Assembly: GCA_964611095.1 (NCBI GenBank)
Contig: CAZSWJ010000003.1
Span: forward strand, 17,796-81,795
Length of the DNA: 64,000 nt
Origin: an uncultured Candidatus Peribacteria bacterium
GTDB taxonomy: Bacteria > Patescibacteriota > Gracilibacteria > Peribacterales > Peribacteraceae
Reading direction: 5' to 3'
A model generated the notes under the pieces. It had not been told where the DNA came from and did not search any database. It was given only the letters and a program-made list of their open reading frames with translations. The translations under genes and the position numbers were made by a program. Shown piece by piece: positions 20,183 to 28,960 of the stretch (position 1 is its first letter; the number at the start of each line of letters is the position of its first letter).

Positions 20183-20605
20183 TCAGGCGTCCCGATGCCG
20201 ATCGATATACTTCTGGAGCAGCGACGCAAGCGTCTTTTTTTCGGAAGCGGTGAAGACGTCCATGCAATCGCTGGCGCAGTCGCAGAGAACGCCTTTCAGT
20301 TTCTGAGCGGCTTGCTTGCCGACGGGCGTGAGCTTGAGATGCGTGACGCGCTTGTCCTCGGTGCTCGTAATGCGTTCGATCATCTTCTTTTTGGAGAGGC
20401 CGGCCACGACCTGCGTGATGTTGCTCTTGTGGCAACACATGGCTTTGCTGAGGGACGACATGGATGCCGGTCCTTCGCTGATGCGCATGAGGATGGTGGC
20501 CTGACAGTGGCTGACGCCGACGTCGGAGAGCGACTCGTTCAACCTGCGTTCCGAGCACGCGGCGGCGGCTTTCAGGAGGTCACAGACGGAAAGGCAATCG
20601 TTCAT
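20183..20605 (-). CDS. MarR family transcriptional regulator
   Basis: Winged HTH SMSSLSKAMCCHKSNITQVVAGLSKKKMIERITSTEDKRVTHLKLTPVG. ATG at 20605; lies 20 nt upstream of polX. Confidence 0.75.
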   Translation of the reverse strand: MNDCLSVCDLLKAAAACSERRLNESLSDVGVSHCQATILMRISEGPASMSSLSKAMCCHKSNITQVVAGLSKKKMIERITSTEDKRVTHLKLTPVGKQAAQKLKGVLCDCASDCMDVFTASEKKTLASLLQKYIDRHRDA

Positions 20606-20683
20606 ACATGGACGATTGTACCAAGAAGAAGCCGTGCAAGCCATGCGGTGGCGGGCTCGGGTTTGACCTGATACTCTCTCGCC

Positions 20684-21724
20684 ATGCCGAAGAAGATCTC
20701 GTACCAATCCGCCGGTGTCGACATCTCCACCGCGGACGCGACGAAAAAAGACATGGCGAAGACCATCGCGACCGACAATCCCCTCGTACTCAACTCCATC
20801 GGGGCGTTCGCATCGCTCTGCGACGGCTCATTCCCGGGCTACAAGCACCCCGTTCTGGTGTGCAAGACCGAGGAGCCGGGCAGCAAGCAGCTTTTGGCAT
20901 TCAAGTACGACCGCATCGAAGGAATTTGTCACGATCTCATCAACCACCTCGTGAACGACGTCATCGTGATGGGCGCGACGCCGCTCTTCATCCAGGATCT
21001 CATCGTCTGCGGCAAATTGGAGAAAGACGTGGTGAGCGCACTCGTGAAGCACATGGCCAAAGCCTGCAAGGCCCAGGGCTGCGCACTCACGGGTGGCGAG
21101 ACCTCGGAGCAACCCAGCGTGCTTCCCGCGGGAACCTACGTCCTCGGAGCCAGCTGCATCGGCGTGGTGGACAAGGCGAATATCATCGACGGCTCGGCCA
21201 TCAAACCGGGTGATGCCGTCATCGCGCTCCGGAGCAGCGGCGTCCACACGAACGGCTACACGCTCCTTCGCGCCCTCATCGACCGCGAACCCGGCATCAT
21301 CGATGAAACGGTGGATGGAAGAACGTTCCTCGACGCCATCATGGAACCGCACCGTTGCTACTACCAAGCGCTCAAGGGGCTGTTCGGAAACCCGGGGCTC
21401 CACGGACTGGCGCACATCACCGGCGGCGGCATTCCGGGAAATCTGAACCGCATCTTGCCCGCGGGGACGGACGCCGTCATCGATGCACCGTCCATCAATG
21501 TCCTGCCGCTCTTCGGATTCATCAAAGAAAAATCGGGCAACGACGACGCCGACATGATCCGCACGTTCAACCTGGGCGTCGGCGCCATCGCCGTCGTCGA
21601 TCAAGCGGCGAAAAAGCAGATCATCGCACACCTGGAAAAGAACGGCGTCCCCTGCACGGAAATTGGAACGATCGTCACGGGCGGCACGCAGAAGGTGCGA
21701 ATGGAGGGCAGCCTGAAGTGGTAG
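20684..21724 (+). CDS. purM: phosphoribosylformylglycinamidine cyclo-ligase (AIR synthetase)
   Basis: YQSAGVDI, LVNDVIVMGATPLF, ALTGGETSEQP, HITGGGIPGNL. Confidence 0.93.
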   Translation: MPKKISYQSAGVDISTADATKKDMAKTIATDNPLVLNSIGAFASLCDGSFPGYKHPVLVCKTEEPGSKQLLAFKYDRIEGICHDLINHLVNDVIVMGATPLFIQDLIVCGKLEKDVVSALVKHMAKACKAQGCALTGGETSEQPSVLPAGTYVLGASCIGVVDKANIIDGSAIKPGDAVIALRSSGVHTNGYTLLRALIDREPGIIDETVDGRTFLDAIMEPHRCYYQALKGLFGNPGLHGLAHITGGGIPGNLNRILPAGTDAVIDAPSINVLPLFGFIKEKSGNDDADMIRTFNLGVGAIAVVDQAAKKQIIAHLEKNGVPCTEIGTIVTGGTQKVRMEGSLKW

Positions 21725-21802
21725 AACATCAAAAGAATGGCAGCCCGAACGTTGAAAACGGGGTTTGTTGACATAATCGTCGTATAAATCGATGATATAC
21801 AT

Positions 21803-22936
21803 ATGTTGAAACCCGGCGAGTCCACCGACGGATCAGTTGCCGAGCAAGCGACCGCTACCGGCAGCAAAACATCGAGCGGCAACATCGCGGGATATCGAAG
21901 TCTGCTGAGCCGTATCATTGCGGGCAACTCGATACCTCGAGGGATTGAGATACCGACCGACGACAAATGGAATGCGCTCGTGAGCGAAAGGCTGTCGGAA
22001 GAACAACGACTGTCGAGCGCACTTGATGACAACGGAACCGCCGCACAACAACTGGTGGTTGCGAATAAAATTCGATTGCTGATGACTCTTCGAAAAGAGA
22101 AAAAGGATGAGAAGTCAAAACCGTCTTCGCACAGAAAGGGACCGAGACGAACCGCGATGCTCGCACAAGAAAGCAACGTGTGGTGTGCCGAATTTTCTCC
22201 GCAAATATTGGCTGACCTGGCACGCAACCTGGGGGTGTCCCCCGACGAGCTGGAAAGAATGGATCTGGGCGACCTCGATGGAAAAATATTCACGGTGAAC
22301 GGGCCGTACAAGAAAAACGGTTTTGCCGCTCGCGGGTACTTGTTCGATACGAAGCGCAAAGGCGACCCGCTCATCCATTCCATGCATTTCCTCGTGAACC
22401 AAACGCAGTCTCCCGGCTGGTTGTTCGATAAAATCAAGCACGAAGACGATGATCGTCGCTTGTCGGACTACATTTGGCTCGGAGCCCGCATCATCAACGC
22501 CGGATATCGATCGGATTCGTTCGAATGCTCATTCCGCCAAGGGACGTCCTACGACATTGCGCTCGAAGGCATGGAACCGACCGTACGTCCGGGACAAAAT
22601 CCGGATCGAGGACCCATCGTCATGAGTCATCATCCCGAAAAACTCGGCGCCGCGGCCGTGGGAGTGGACCGCAATTTCCCGAATCCTCGTGATCATGGCA
22701 TTCCTTGGTCACTCAACTGGATCGCACGCATGAGGAAGTCGCCCGATGTGATGGATGTACTGAAACACATTCCCTTCGATGACGATCTGCACTTGCTGCA
22801 ACAAAAAATGGCGCGATTCCCTTCGCTCTCCGATTTGCAGGAAAATACGATCGGTATCAACGGCTTCGACAGATCGAATAGCTCCGTCCACACGCTCTAC
22901 AGCGGCTTCAGTGGCTCATCACGCAAGAAGCACTAA
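21803..22936 (+). CDS. hypothetical protein (orphan, 377 aa)
   Basis: Long ORF with normal amino-acid composition and no recognisable motif. The competing minus-strand ORF 21601..22437 looks like a shadow ORF. Confidence 0.55.
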   Translation: MLKPGESTDGSVAEQATATGSKTSSGNIAGYRSLLSRIIAGNSIPRGIEIPTDDKWNALVSERLSEEQRLSSALDDNGTAAQQLVVANKIRLLMTLRKEKKDEKSKPSSHRKGPRRTAMLAQESNVWCAEFSPQILADLARNLGVSPDELERMDLGDLDGKIFTVNGPYKKNGFAARGYLFDTKRKGDPLIHSMHFLVNQTQSPGWLFDKIKHEDDDRRLSDYIWLGARIINAGYRSDSFECSFRQGTSYDIALEGMEPTVRPGQNPDRGPIVMSHHPEKLGAAAVGVDRNFPNPRDHGIPWSLNWIARMRKSPDVMDVLKHIPFDDDLHLLQQKMARFPSLSDLQENTIGINGFDRSNSSVHTLYSGFSGSSRKKH

Positions 22937-23769
22937 ATCGCAATGGGCTTCACGCGGTTCGTACCGGGAGCGGGAGGAGGCGTGTTGCTTTTCGGAGGTG
23001 ATTCTTTCTGCGGCGCGGGAACGACCTTTTTCGGAGCCTGAGCGACGCTCACGGCTGCCACAGGCTCGGGCTTCTGCGCCGGAACACCGGCGTAGCTTCC
23101 CACCATGTCACGAACGAGCTTGCCATTCTCGAGCCGTAGCACACGGACTCCGAGCGCATCGACGACGTTCTTGTCGTGCGTGGCCAAGATGACGGTGGTA
23201 CCCGACGCGTTCACTTCGCGGAGAAACTGCAAAATTTGGAGTGATTGTTCCGGGTCGATGTTGCCCGTGGGTTCATCGGCAATGAGGATGCTGGGTTTGT
23301 GCACGAGGGCGCGCGCCAGAGCGACGCGCGTTTTCTCGCCTCCCGAGAGCGTGCGCGGAAACGCCTGCGCCAAATTCGCGATGCGGAGTCTCCCGAGAAT
23401 GTCGCGCGTCTTTTGTTCCACCACGTCGTTCGGTTCGTCGCAGACTTCGAGCGCGAAGGCCACGTTCTCGTACACCGTGCGGTCCGGAAGCAATTTGTAA
23501 TCCTGGAAGACGACGCCCGTGCGGCGGCGGTACAGCTGCAAAATCGTGGGAGGAAGCTTGGCCAAATCGGCACCGTCCACTTCGATGGTGCCTTGGGTCG
23601 GAACCTCGGCGCGAATGAGCATGTGCACGACGGTGGACTTGCCCGCACCGCTGGGGCCCGTCAGGCACACGAATTCGCCCGGAGCGATCTGAAATGTCAG
23701 ATTGCTGAGAACTTCGCGACCGTCGAATTGCTTGAACACACCCGAAAAACTGATCATGGAAGCCATCAT
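22933..23769 (-). CDS. ftsE: cell-division ABC ATPase FtsE with Pro-rich C-terminal extension
   Basis: GPSGAGKST, LSGGEKTRVALARAL, ILIADEPTGNID, plus a PAPQKESPPKSNTPPPAPG tail. No ftsX is adjacent. Confidence 0.85.
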   Translation of the reverse strand: MMASMISFSGVFKQFDGREVLSNLTFQIAPGEFVCLTGPSGAGKSTVVHMLIRAEVPTQGTIEVDGADLAKLPPTILQLYRRRTGVVFQDYKLLPDRTVYENVAFALEVCDEPNDVVEQKTRDILGRLRIANLAQAFPRTLSGGEKTRVALARALVHKPSILIADEPTGNIDPEQSLQILQFLREVNASGTTVILATHDKNVVDALGVRVLRLENGKLVRDMVGSYAGVPAQKPEPVAAVSVAQAPKKVVPAPQKESPPKSNTPPPAPGTNRVKPIAI

Positions 23770-23809
23770 ACGTCACGACGCCGTGCGGGCACCACTGGAC
23801 AGAACGCCG

Positions 23810-24403
23810 CTATCTTTTTCTGCACACGACGTACACTTCCATGCTCCGGTCGCGGCTCGCTTCCACGCTCAGCGGCTTCACGTCGTTGAATTCTTCTTTC
23901 ACTTCCTGGAGGAACGTATCGAAGTCGCGTCCGCGGAATATTTTCATGACGATCCAACCGCGACCGCGGAGCCACGTGCGGGAGATGTCGAGAACGCGGC
24001 GACTGAGTTCGATGGATTTCCATTGATCGACGTCTTTGATGCCGCTCGTATTCGGCGCGATGTCGGAGATGACGATGTCGACCTTGTCCCAACCCATGGA
24101 TGAAATCGCTGCGGCGAGCGCGGCATCGTCCAGAATGTCGCAGACTTGCGTCACGACGTTGTCCGCGACGGGTGCGATTTCCTTGAGATCGAGTCCCAGA
24201 ATTTTCCCGGACGGACCCACGTGCTCGGACGCGTACTGCAACCAGCTGCCGGGTGCGGCACCGATATCGAGCACCTTCATTCCCGTCTTAAAAAAGTGGA
24301 ATCGCTCGTCGAGTTGCTGGAGCTTGAAAACGGACCTGGCACGGTAGCCCGCCTCGGCGGCGCGCTGACTCCACTTGTCGTTCGGTGTGTACGGCTTCGG
24401 CAT
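23810..24403 (-). CDS. rlmE: 23S rRNA (uridine-2'-O)-methyltransferase RlmE/FtsJ
   Basis: YRARSVFKLQQLDERF, VLDIGAAPGSWLQY, VISDIAPNTSG. Confidence 0.9.
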   Translation of the reverse strand: MPKPYTPNDKWSQRAAEAGYRARSVFKLQQLDERFHFFKTGMKVLDIGAAPGSWLQYASEHVGPSGKILGLDLKEIAPVADNVVTQVCDILDDAALAAAISSMGWDKVDIVISDIAPNTSGIKDVDQWKSIELSRRVLDISRTWLRGRGWIVMKIFRGRDFDTFLQEVKEEFNDVKPLSVEASRDRSMEVYVVCRKR

Positions 24404-24534
24404 GGATGAACTTGCGTAAACGAGGCAATTTGTCGCTATGACATGCTATCGTATTCTTGGCTTACTGTAGCATCTTTTTTCGAATCATGCCGAAGAAATG
24501 ACTATCACCGCATACTACTTTACTCTCCGCACAA

Positions 24535-24562
24535 TTGCCCGCAAACCCGCGCTCCATATACT
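24535..24562 (+). promoter_or_regulatory. sigma70-like promoter (TTGCCC-16-TATACT)
   Basis: Read directly from the sequence, 31 nt upstream of the small ORF at 24593. Confidence 0.35.
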
Positions 24563-24592
24563 CACGTTGTTCATCTTTTTCCCCTCGACCCT

Positions 24593-24685
24593 ATGCGCGA
24601 ACGCACTCTGGGAATTTCGCCGCTGCTCGTCGTTTTTGCAGCCTGTCTGGTCGTGGTGGTTACATCGCTCTCGCAGCACCTCTAA
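24593..24685 (+). CDS. possible 30-aa single-TM peptide (MRERTLGISPLLVVFAACLVVVVTSLSQHL)
   Basis: ATG ORF with a promoter-like site upstream and a palindromic element downstream. Its orientation is opposite to both neighbours. Confidence 0.3.
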   Translation: MRERTLGISPLLVVFAACLVVVVTSLSQHL

Positions 24686-24697
24686 GAGAGCGGACAG

Positions 24698-24770
24698 CGT
24701 GTAGCGATTTGCGGGTAGACCGCCTGCTTTTCGTGCAACAAATTCCTCCGCTACTCGCTAACCGCAATCA
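24698..24770. repeat. heptamer-array palindromic element, copy 3
   Basis: GTGTAGCGATTTGCGGGTAGA - ccgcctgcttttcgtgcaacaaattcct - CCGCTACTCGCTAACCGCAATC. The centre is homologous to the copy at 36124. Confidence 0.7.
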
Positions 24771-24773
24771 CTC

Positions 24774-25457
24774 TTACAGCGGCTTCTGCTTCGGTAGTCC
24801 GACTTTTCGAGGATAGTCACTCGGAGTCGGTCCGGCCTTTTTGAAGAACACGAGCGTGCGCTTGCCCCACTCGGCGGGAAGGTCGTACTCGAACGTTCCG
24901 GCGAACGGACACTTGAGCGATTTCTGCGCGACGGCCGAGGACTTCAGCTCATCGGCGACTTTCGTGCTCTTCCAGAAAACGCAGAGACCGCCGACTTTGA
25001 GCAGCGGCACGGCGTATTCCATGATGACGGCGATGGGTGCGACTGCTCTGGCCGTGACGATATCGAACGTTTCTCGATACTTCTCATCGTGGCCCAATTC
25101 TTCCAGGCGTCCGCAAATGAGTTCCGTGTTCTTTATCTCCATGGTTTCGGCGATGCGACGCACGGCATCGACTTTCTTGGCGATGGAATCCATGCCGACG
25201 CAGCGGGCAGCAGGCAAACACAGAGCAAGCGGCAAAAGCGGAAAACCGCCACCCGTTCCGATGTCGCAGAGTGACGAAACGGTCTTGAGCTGCGGATAGG
25301 CGTCCGCGGCCTGCAGGAGTGCGAGAGAATCGAGGACGTTGCCCGTCCAACAGTGTTCTTCGCTGCGGAATGCCGAAAGATTGAGCTTTTGGTTCTCGGC
25401 CAGGAACACCTGGACCAGTTGCCGGAGGCGGGTTTCGTCGACGGTCATCCCGCCCAT
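24774..25457 (-). CDS. rsmG: 16S rRNA (guanine527-N7)-methyltransferase
   Basis: LNLSAFRSEEHCWTGNVLDSL, CDIGTGGGFPLLPLAL, VTARAVAP. Confidence 0.9.
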   Translation of the reverse strand: MGGMTVDETRLRQLVQVFLAENQKLNLSAFRSEEHCWTGNVLDSLALLQAADAYPQLKTVSSLCDIGTGGGFPLLPLALCLPAARCVGMDSIAKKVDAVRRIAETMEIKNTELICGRLEELGHDEKYRETFDIVTARAVAPIAVIMEYAVPLLKVGGLCVFWKSTKVADELKSSAVAQKSLKCPFAGTFEYDLPAEWGKRTLVFFKKAGPTPSDYPRKVGLPKQKPL

Positions 25458-25504
25458 TCTCCATTTTCATTTCTGAATTGTCGATTCTCATTTAGGATGA
25501 GGCC

Positions 25505-26149
25505 ATGCCACACGGAAATCGCATCGCCGAGTACCTTCTGACCATCGGAGCCGTGAAACTGTCGGTGAATCCCCCGTTCACGTGGACGAGCGGGCTGAAG
25601 TCCCCCATCTACTGCGACAACCGCATGATCTACAGCCACCCGGTGGCGCGTGACTTCGTCGTGGAGGCGCTCGTGAGCCGCGTGAAGAATTTGCACATCG
25701 AACCCGACGTCATCGCCGGTACCGCCACCGCCGCCATCGGCTGGGGTGCGCTCGTCGCCGACAGACTCAAGCTCCCGTTCGTTTACGTGCGCTCGGCCGC
25801 CAAAGAGCACGGCGCCAAGAAGCGCATCGAAGGCGATCTGCCCAAGGGTAAAGACGTCGTCGTCATCGAAGATCTTATTTCGACGGCCAAGAGCTCGGCG
25901 TCCACCGTGGAAGTACTGCGCTCCGAAGGCGGCTGCAACGTGACGGACATCGTCTCCATCTTCAGTTACGAACTCACGGGTGCGCTGGAAAAAGCACGCG
26001 AAGTGAAAGTACGCCTGCACCCGCTCACGACGATCACGAAACTTGTTGATATCGCTCTGGAGCATGATCGGATTACCGAGGACGAAGCCAAGCTGATCGG
26101 CTCGTTCTCGCAGGATCCGGACAATTGGGCACGGAAGAATAATATCTAA
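25505..26149 (+). CDS. pyrE: orotate phosphoribosyltransferase
   Basis: FTWTSGLKSPIYCDNR, and the PRPP loop VVVIEDLISTAKSS. Confidence 0.92.
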   Translation: MPHGNRIAEYLLTIGAVKLSVNPPFTWTSGLKSPIYCDNRMIYSHPVARDFVVEALVSRVKNLHIEPDVIAGTATAAIGWGALVADRLKLPFVYVRSAAKEHGAKKRIEGDLPKGKDVVVIEDLISTAKSSASTVEVLRSEGGCNVTDIVSIFSYELTGALEKAREVKVRLHPLTTITKLVDIALEHDRITEDEAKLIGSFSQDPDNWARKNNI

Positions 26150-26219
26150 AAAGCCGAGCATAAGGGGGTAAGCCCCTACACTCGGCAGCATGATGGAGAC
26201 CAAAACGGTCTCCGATGAA

Positions 26220-26387
26220 TTATTTTCCACCGCTCGTGATGGTGTAGGTCACGTGGACCTCCACATGCGACGCGCGGATGTCTTCCGCTCGCGGTTCGGC
26301 TTTCGCCGAGACCGAGAAGCTGGACTGCGGAGCGGTGCAACCGGCGCAGGACAGGGAAAACAAAACGAGAAGAAAGATCGACCTCAT
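26220..26387 (-). CDS. small lipoprotein (55 aa)
   Basis: MRSIFLLVLFSLSCAGC lipobox-like signal. GAGGAG lies 8 nt before the ATG. Below the ORF-track cut-off; translated by hand. Confidence 0.5.
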   Translation of the reverse strand: MRSIFLLVLFSLSCAGCTAPQSSFSVSAKAEPRAEDIRASHVEVHVTYTITSGGK

Positions 26388-26453
26388 GTCAGTATCTCCT
26401 CAGCTGGAAACAGCATCCTTCACGGTTCCACCATGACAGTGGATGCTTTTAGC

Positions 26454-26481
26454 ATTTTATACTAAATTTGTATTTCGTCAA
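26454..26481 (-). promoter_or_regulatory. sigma70-like promoter (TTGACG-16-TAAAAT) for the small lipoprotein gene
   Basis: Minus strand: TTGACGaaatacaaatttagtaTAAAAT. Confidence 0.4.
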
Positions 26482-26484
26482 TGC

Positions 26485-27504
26485 CTAGAACTGACGGGCG
26501 AAATCGACGTTACCCTGGAAGAACAGACGCAGGTCGGGGATTTGGTGACGGATCATGATCATGCGCTCCACGCCGAAGCCGAAAGCGAAACCTTGGTACT
26601 CGTTCGGGTCGATGCCGCAGTTCTTGAGCACGTTCGGGTGCACCATGCCGCAGCCGACGATCTCGAGCCACTTGCCTTCGCGGCTCTTGGATTCGTCACC
26701 GCGCCAACGCATGTCCATTTCGAGCCCGGGTTCCACGAACGGGAAGTACCCCGTGCGCCAGCGGAACTCGGCGTCCTCGGAGATGAGTTCGCGAACGGCC
26801 TGCTCCATGACGGCCTTCATGTTGGCGAGCGACACGTCTTTGCCGATCATGAGCCCCTCGATCTGGTGGAACATCGGCGAGTGCGTGGCGTCGCTGTCCT
26901 TGCGGTACACCTTGCCCGAACAAATCATCCGGAGCGGCGGCTTGTGGCTCTTCATGTACCGAATCTGCACCGTGGACGTGTGGCCGCGGAGCAGCGAACG
27001 GTTCTCCGGGTCTTTGCTGCCGTGGAGGTAGAAGATGTCCTGCGAATCGCGGGCGGCGTGATGCTTGGGGAAGTTGAGAAGATCGAACTGGAACGCCTCG
27101 GTCTCGGCCTCGGGACCCGTGGCGCTGTCGAAGCCCATGCGTCCGAAGACTTCCTCGGCCTTGCGGATGAATTCGTGAATGAGGTGGTGGTGTCCGCGCT
27201 CTTTGCCGGGAAGGTCGATGGTGAGGTCGAGCGGATCTTTGTGCGCCAGAGCGTCGCTGTCGGCCTGCGTGAGCGCGCGTTCCTTGGCGGCGTACGCTTC
27301 ATCGAGTTCTTTTCTGATGGCATTGAGCTCCTGACCGCGCGTGCGCTTCTCCTCGGGACCGAGTGCGCCGAGGTCCTTCATCGCGAGCGTGAGTGCTCCC
27401 GCTTTGCGCCCGAAAATTTCCTGACCCACGGCCTGGAGTTCGGCTGCCGACGAAGAGGCATCGATCTTGGTAAGAAGGCCGTCCCAGGGAGCGGAGAGAG
27501 ACAT
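26485..27504 (-). CDS. pheS: phenylalanine--tRNA ligase alpha subunit
   Basis: HHLIHEF, RGHTSTVQIRYM, YFPFVEPGLEMD, GCGMVHPNVL. pheT is not adjacent. Confidence 0.95.
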   Translation of the reverse strand: MSLSAPWDGLLTKIDASSSAAELQAVGQEIFGRKAGALTLAMKDLGALGPEEKRTRGQELNAIRKELDEAYAAKERALTQADSDALAHKDPLDLTIDLPGKERGHHHLIHEFIRKAEEVFGRMGFDSATGPEAETEAFQFDLLNFPKHHAARDSQDIFYLHGSKDPENRSLLRGHTSTVQIRYMKSHKPPLRMICSGKVYRKDSDATHSPMFHQIEGLMIGKDVSLANMKAVMEQAVRELISEDAEFRWRTGYFPFVEPGLEMDMRWRGDESKSREGKWLEIVGCGMVHPNVLKNCGIDPNEYQGFAFGFGVERMIMIRHQIPDLRLFFQGNVDFARQF

Positions 27505-27569
27505 AGAGTAAGCGCATGGTACATGGACGATACGGGTGACTGCCAGTGCAGGAACTCTCTGCTATTCTG

Positions 27570-28133
27570 ATGACCATGCCGCAACTGACGCTCGACGTGC
27601 TCCGCGAAAAACTCACGGTGTGGAAAGGCTGCGATTTGGCGAAAAAGGCCAACGCGGTGCTCGGCGAGGGCAACCCGCGCGCCACGGTGATGTTCGTGGG
27701 CGAAGCCCCGGGACAGAAAGAGGATGAGCTCAAGCGACCGTTCGTGGGTGCATCGGGAAATTTCCTCAACGAACTTCTGGCGTCCATCGGCCTCAAGCGC
27801 GAGGACGTGTACATCAGCAACGTCGTGAAGTTCCGTCCGCCGGAAAACCGCGACCCCGAGCCCATCGAAAAAGAGCAGTGCATGCCGTGGCTCATGCTCG
27901 AGATCGCTCTCGTGAAGCCGCGTGTCATCGTGACCCTCGGCCGCCACTCCCTCGGACACTTCTTCCCCAGCCAAACCATCACGAATTCGCACGGCAAACC
28001 GTTCAAGCTGACCGACGAGATGACGCTGTTCCCCATCTACCACCCCGCCGCGGCACTCCACAACGGAGGGCTCCGGAGCAGTTTGGTCGCGGACTTCCGC
28101 GCGCTCGGAGAATTCCTCGCGACACTGTCATGA
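27570..28133 (+). CDS. udg: uracil-DNA glycosylase, family 4
   Basis: GEGNPRATVMFVGEAPGQKEDELKRPFVGASG, NVVKFRPP, YHPAAAL. ATG at 27570 chosen; the track start is GTG at 27546. Confidence 0.85.
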   Translation: MTMPQLTLDVLREKLTVWKGCDLAKKANAVLGEGNPRATVMFVGEAPGQKEDELKRPFVGASGNFLNELLASIGLKREDVYISNVVKFRPPENRDPEPIEKEQCMPWLMLEIALVKPRVIVTLGRHSLGHFFPSQTITNSHGKPFKLTDEMTLFPIYHPAAALHNGGLRSSLVADFRALGEFLATLS

Positions 28134-28492
28134 CATCCATTCTGGTGCGCATCGCAGCGGCGGCACTCCTGTCACTCGCGTCACTCGGAGTGATCATTTT
28201 CCGCGTGAGCCCGCTCTCGGCGACGGCGATGGCCGTACCCTTCTTCTTCCTGACGTTGTTCCTGTCGGTGGCCAGCATCGCCACCCTCGTGTGCTACGCC
28301 ATCTGGAGCCGACTCTCGGTGGAAGGCATGGATGCGGGACGAAAGATCGGCGTTTCGCTGCGCGAAGGAGTGTTTCTCGGTTTCGCCACGGTGCTGCTGT
28401 TTTTGTTTTTGATTCTGGAAATCCTCACGTGGTGGATCGGCCTTTTGATCTACCTCGTGTTCTTCCTCATCGAGATGGCGCTGCTGTCCTAG
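28130..28492 (+). CDS. hypothetical membrane protein (4 TM, 120 aa)
   Basis: ATGA overlap with the udg stop. MTSILVRIAAAALLSLASLGVIIF... Confidence 0.55.
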   Translation: MTSILVRIAAAALLSLASLGVIIFRVSPLSATAMAVPFFFLTLFLSVASIATLVCYAIWSRLSVEGMDAGRKIGVSLREGVFLGFATVLLFLFLILEILTWWIGLLIYLVFFLIEMALLS

Positions 28493-28941
28493 TACTCGGC
28501 CTTGAGCTTGGCGATGCGCTCGAGGAGTTTTTTCTGCAACTTCTTGTCGCTCTCGGCCAAGATGCGCAGCGTTGCCAGTGCGGCGTTCTTGTAACCGCAG
28601 ATCGTCATCACCGGAACGTCGGACGGCATGCGCAGGCTGCTGTGAATGTCCACCATGTATTCCTCGAGCGACGCGTGCGGCGGGCAGTTCACCACGGGGT
28701 GCACGCAGCTTCCGGCGACGACTCCGCCGAGACCGTTGCTCATGCCGACGCAGGTCACGACGACCGTGGGCTCGGTTTGCTTGTTGAGTCTCTCGATGAC
28801 GGCGACGACTTTCTCCGGAACTTTGTGTGCGGAAGCGACGACAATCTCCGAGGTGACTTGGTATTCATCGAGGAGAGCGGCGATTTTCTTGGCGAAATCG
28901 ACATCGAGTTTGGATCCGAGGAGAAAAGTGACGGTAGGCAT
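28489..28941 (-). CDS. purE: PurE-family AIR carboxylase / N5-CAIR mutase (class II-like motifs)
   Basis: SAHKVPEKV, VGMSNGLGGVVAGSCVHPVVNCPP resembles the AIRC domain of eukaryotic PAICS ([21 protein letters not shown], recalled from memory). ATG at 28941; the longer track ORF runs into a repeat element. Confidence 0.8.
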   Translation of the reverse strand: MPTVTFLLGSKLDVDFAKKIAALLDEYQVTSEIVVASAHKVPEKVVAVIERLNKQTEPTVVVTCVGMSNGLGGVVAGSCVHPVVNCPPHASLEEYMVDIHSSLRMPSDVPVMTICGYKNAALATLRILAESDKKLQKKLLERIAKLKAEY

Positions 28942-28960
28942 GGGGGGATTATACAAAAAA

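Noticed and set aside
21601-22437. 278-aa minus-strand ORF competing with the 377-aa orphan
   Set aside because: It is Ser/Pro/Cys/Phe-rich with no helical or strand periodicity. The plus-strand ORF is longer and protein-like.
26443-27570. 375-aa plus-strand ORF
   Set aside because: It is antisense to pheS, which has all class II aaRS motifs. Shadow ORF. The same reasoning applies to 38102..39379 (antisense ribBA), 5940..6971 (antisense acyltransferase), 12322..13209 and 12618..14165, 20828..21802, 31170..32543, 56499..57716 and 53735..54688.
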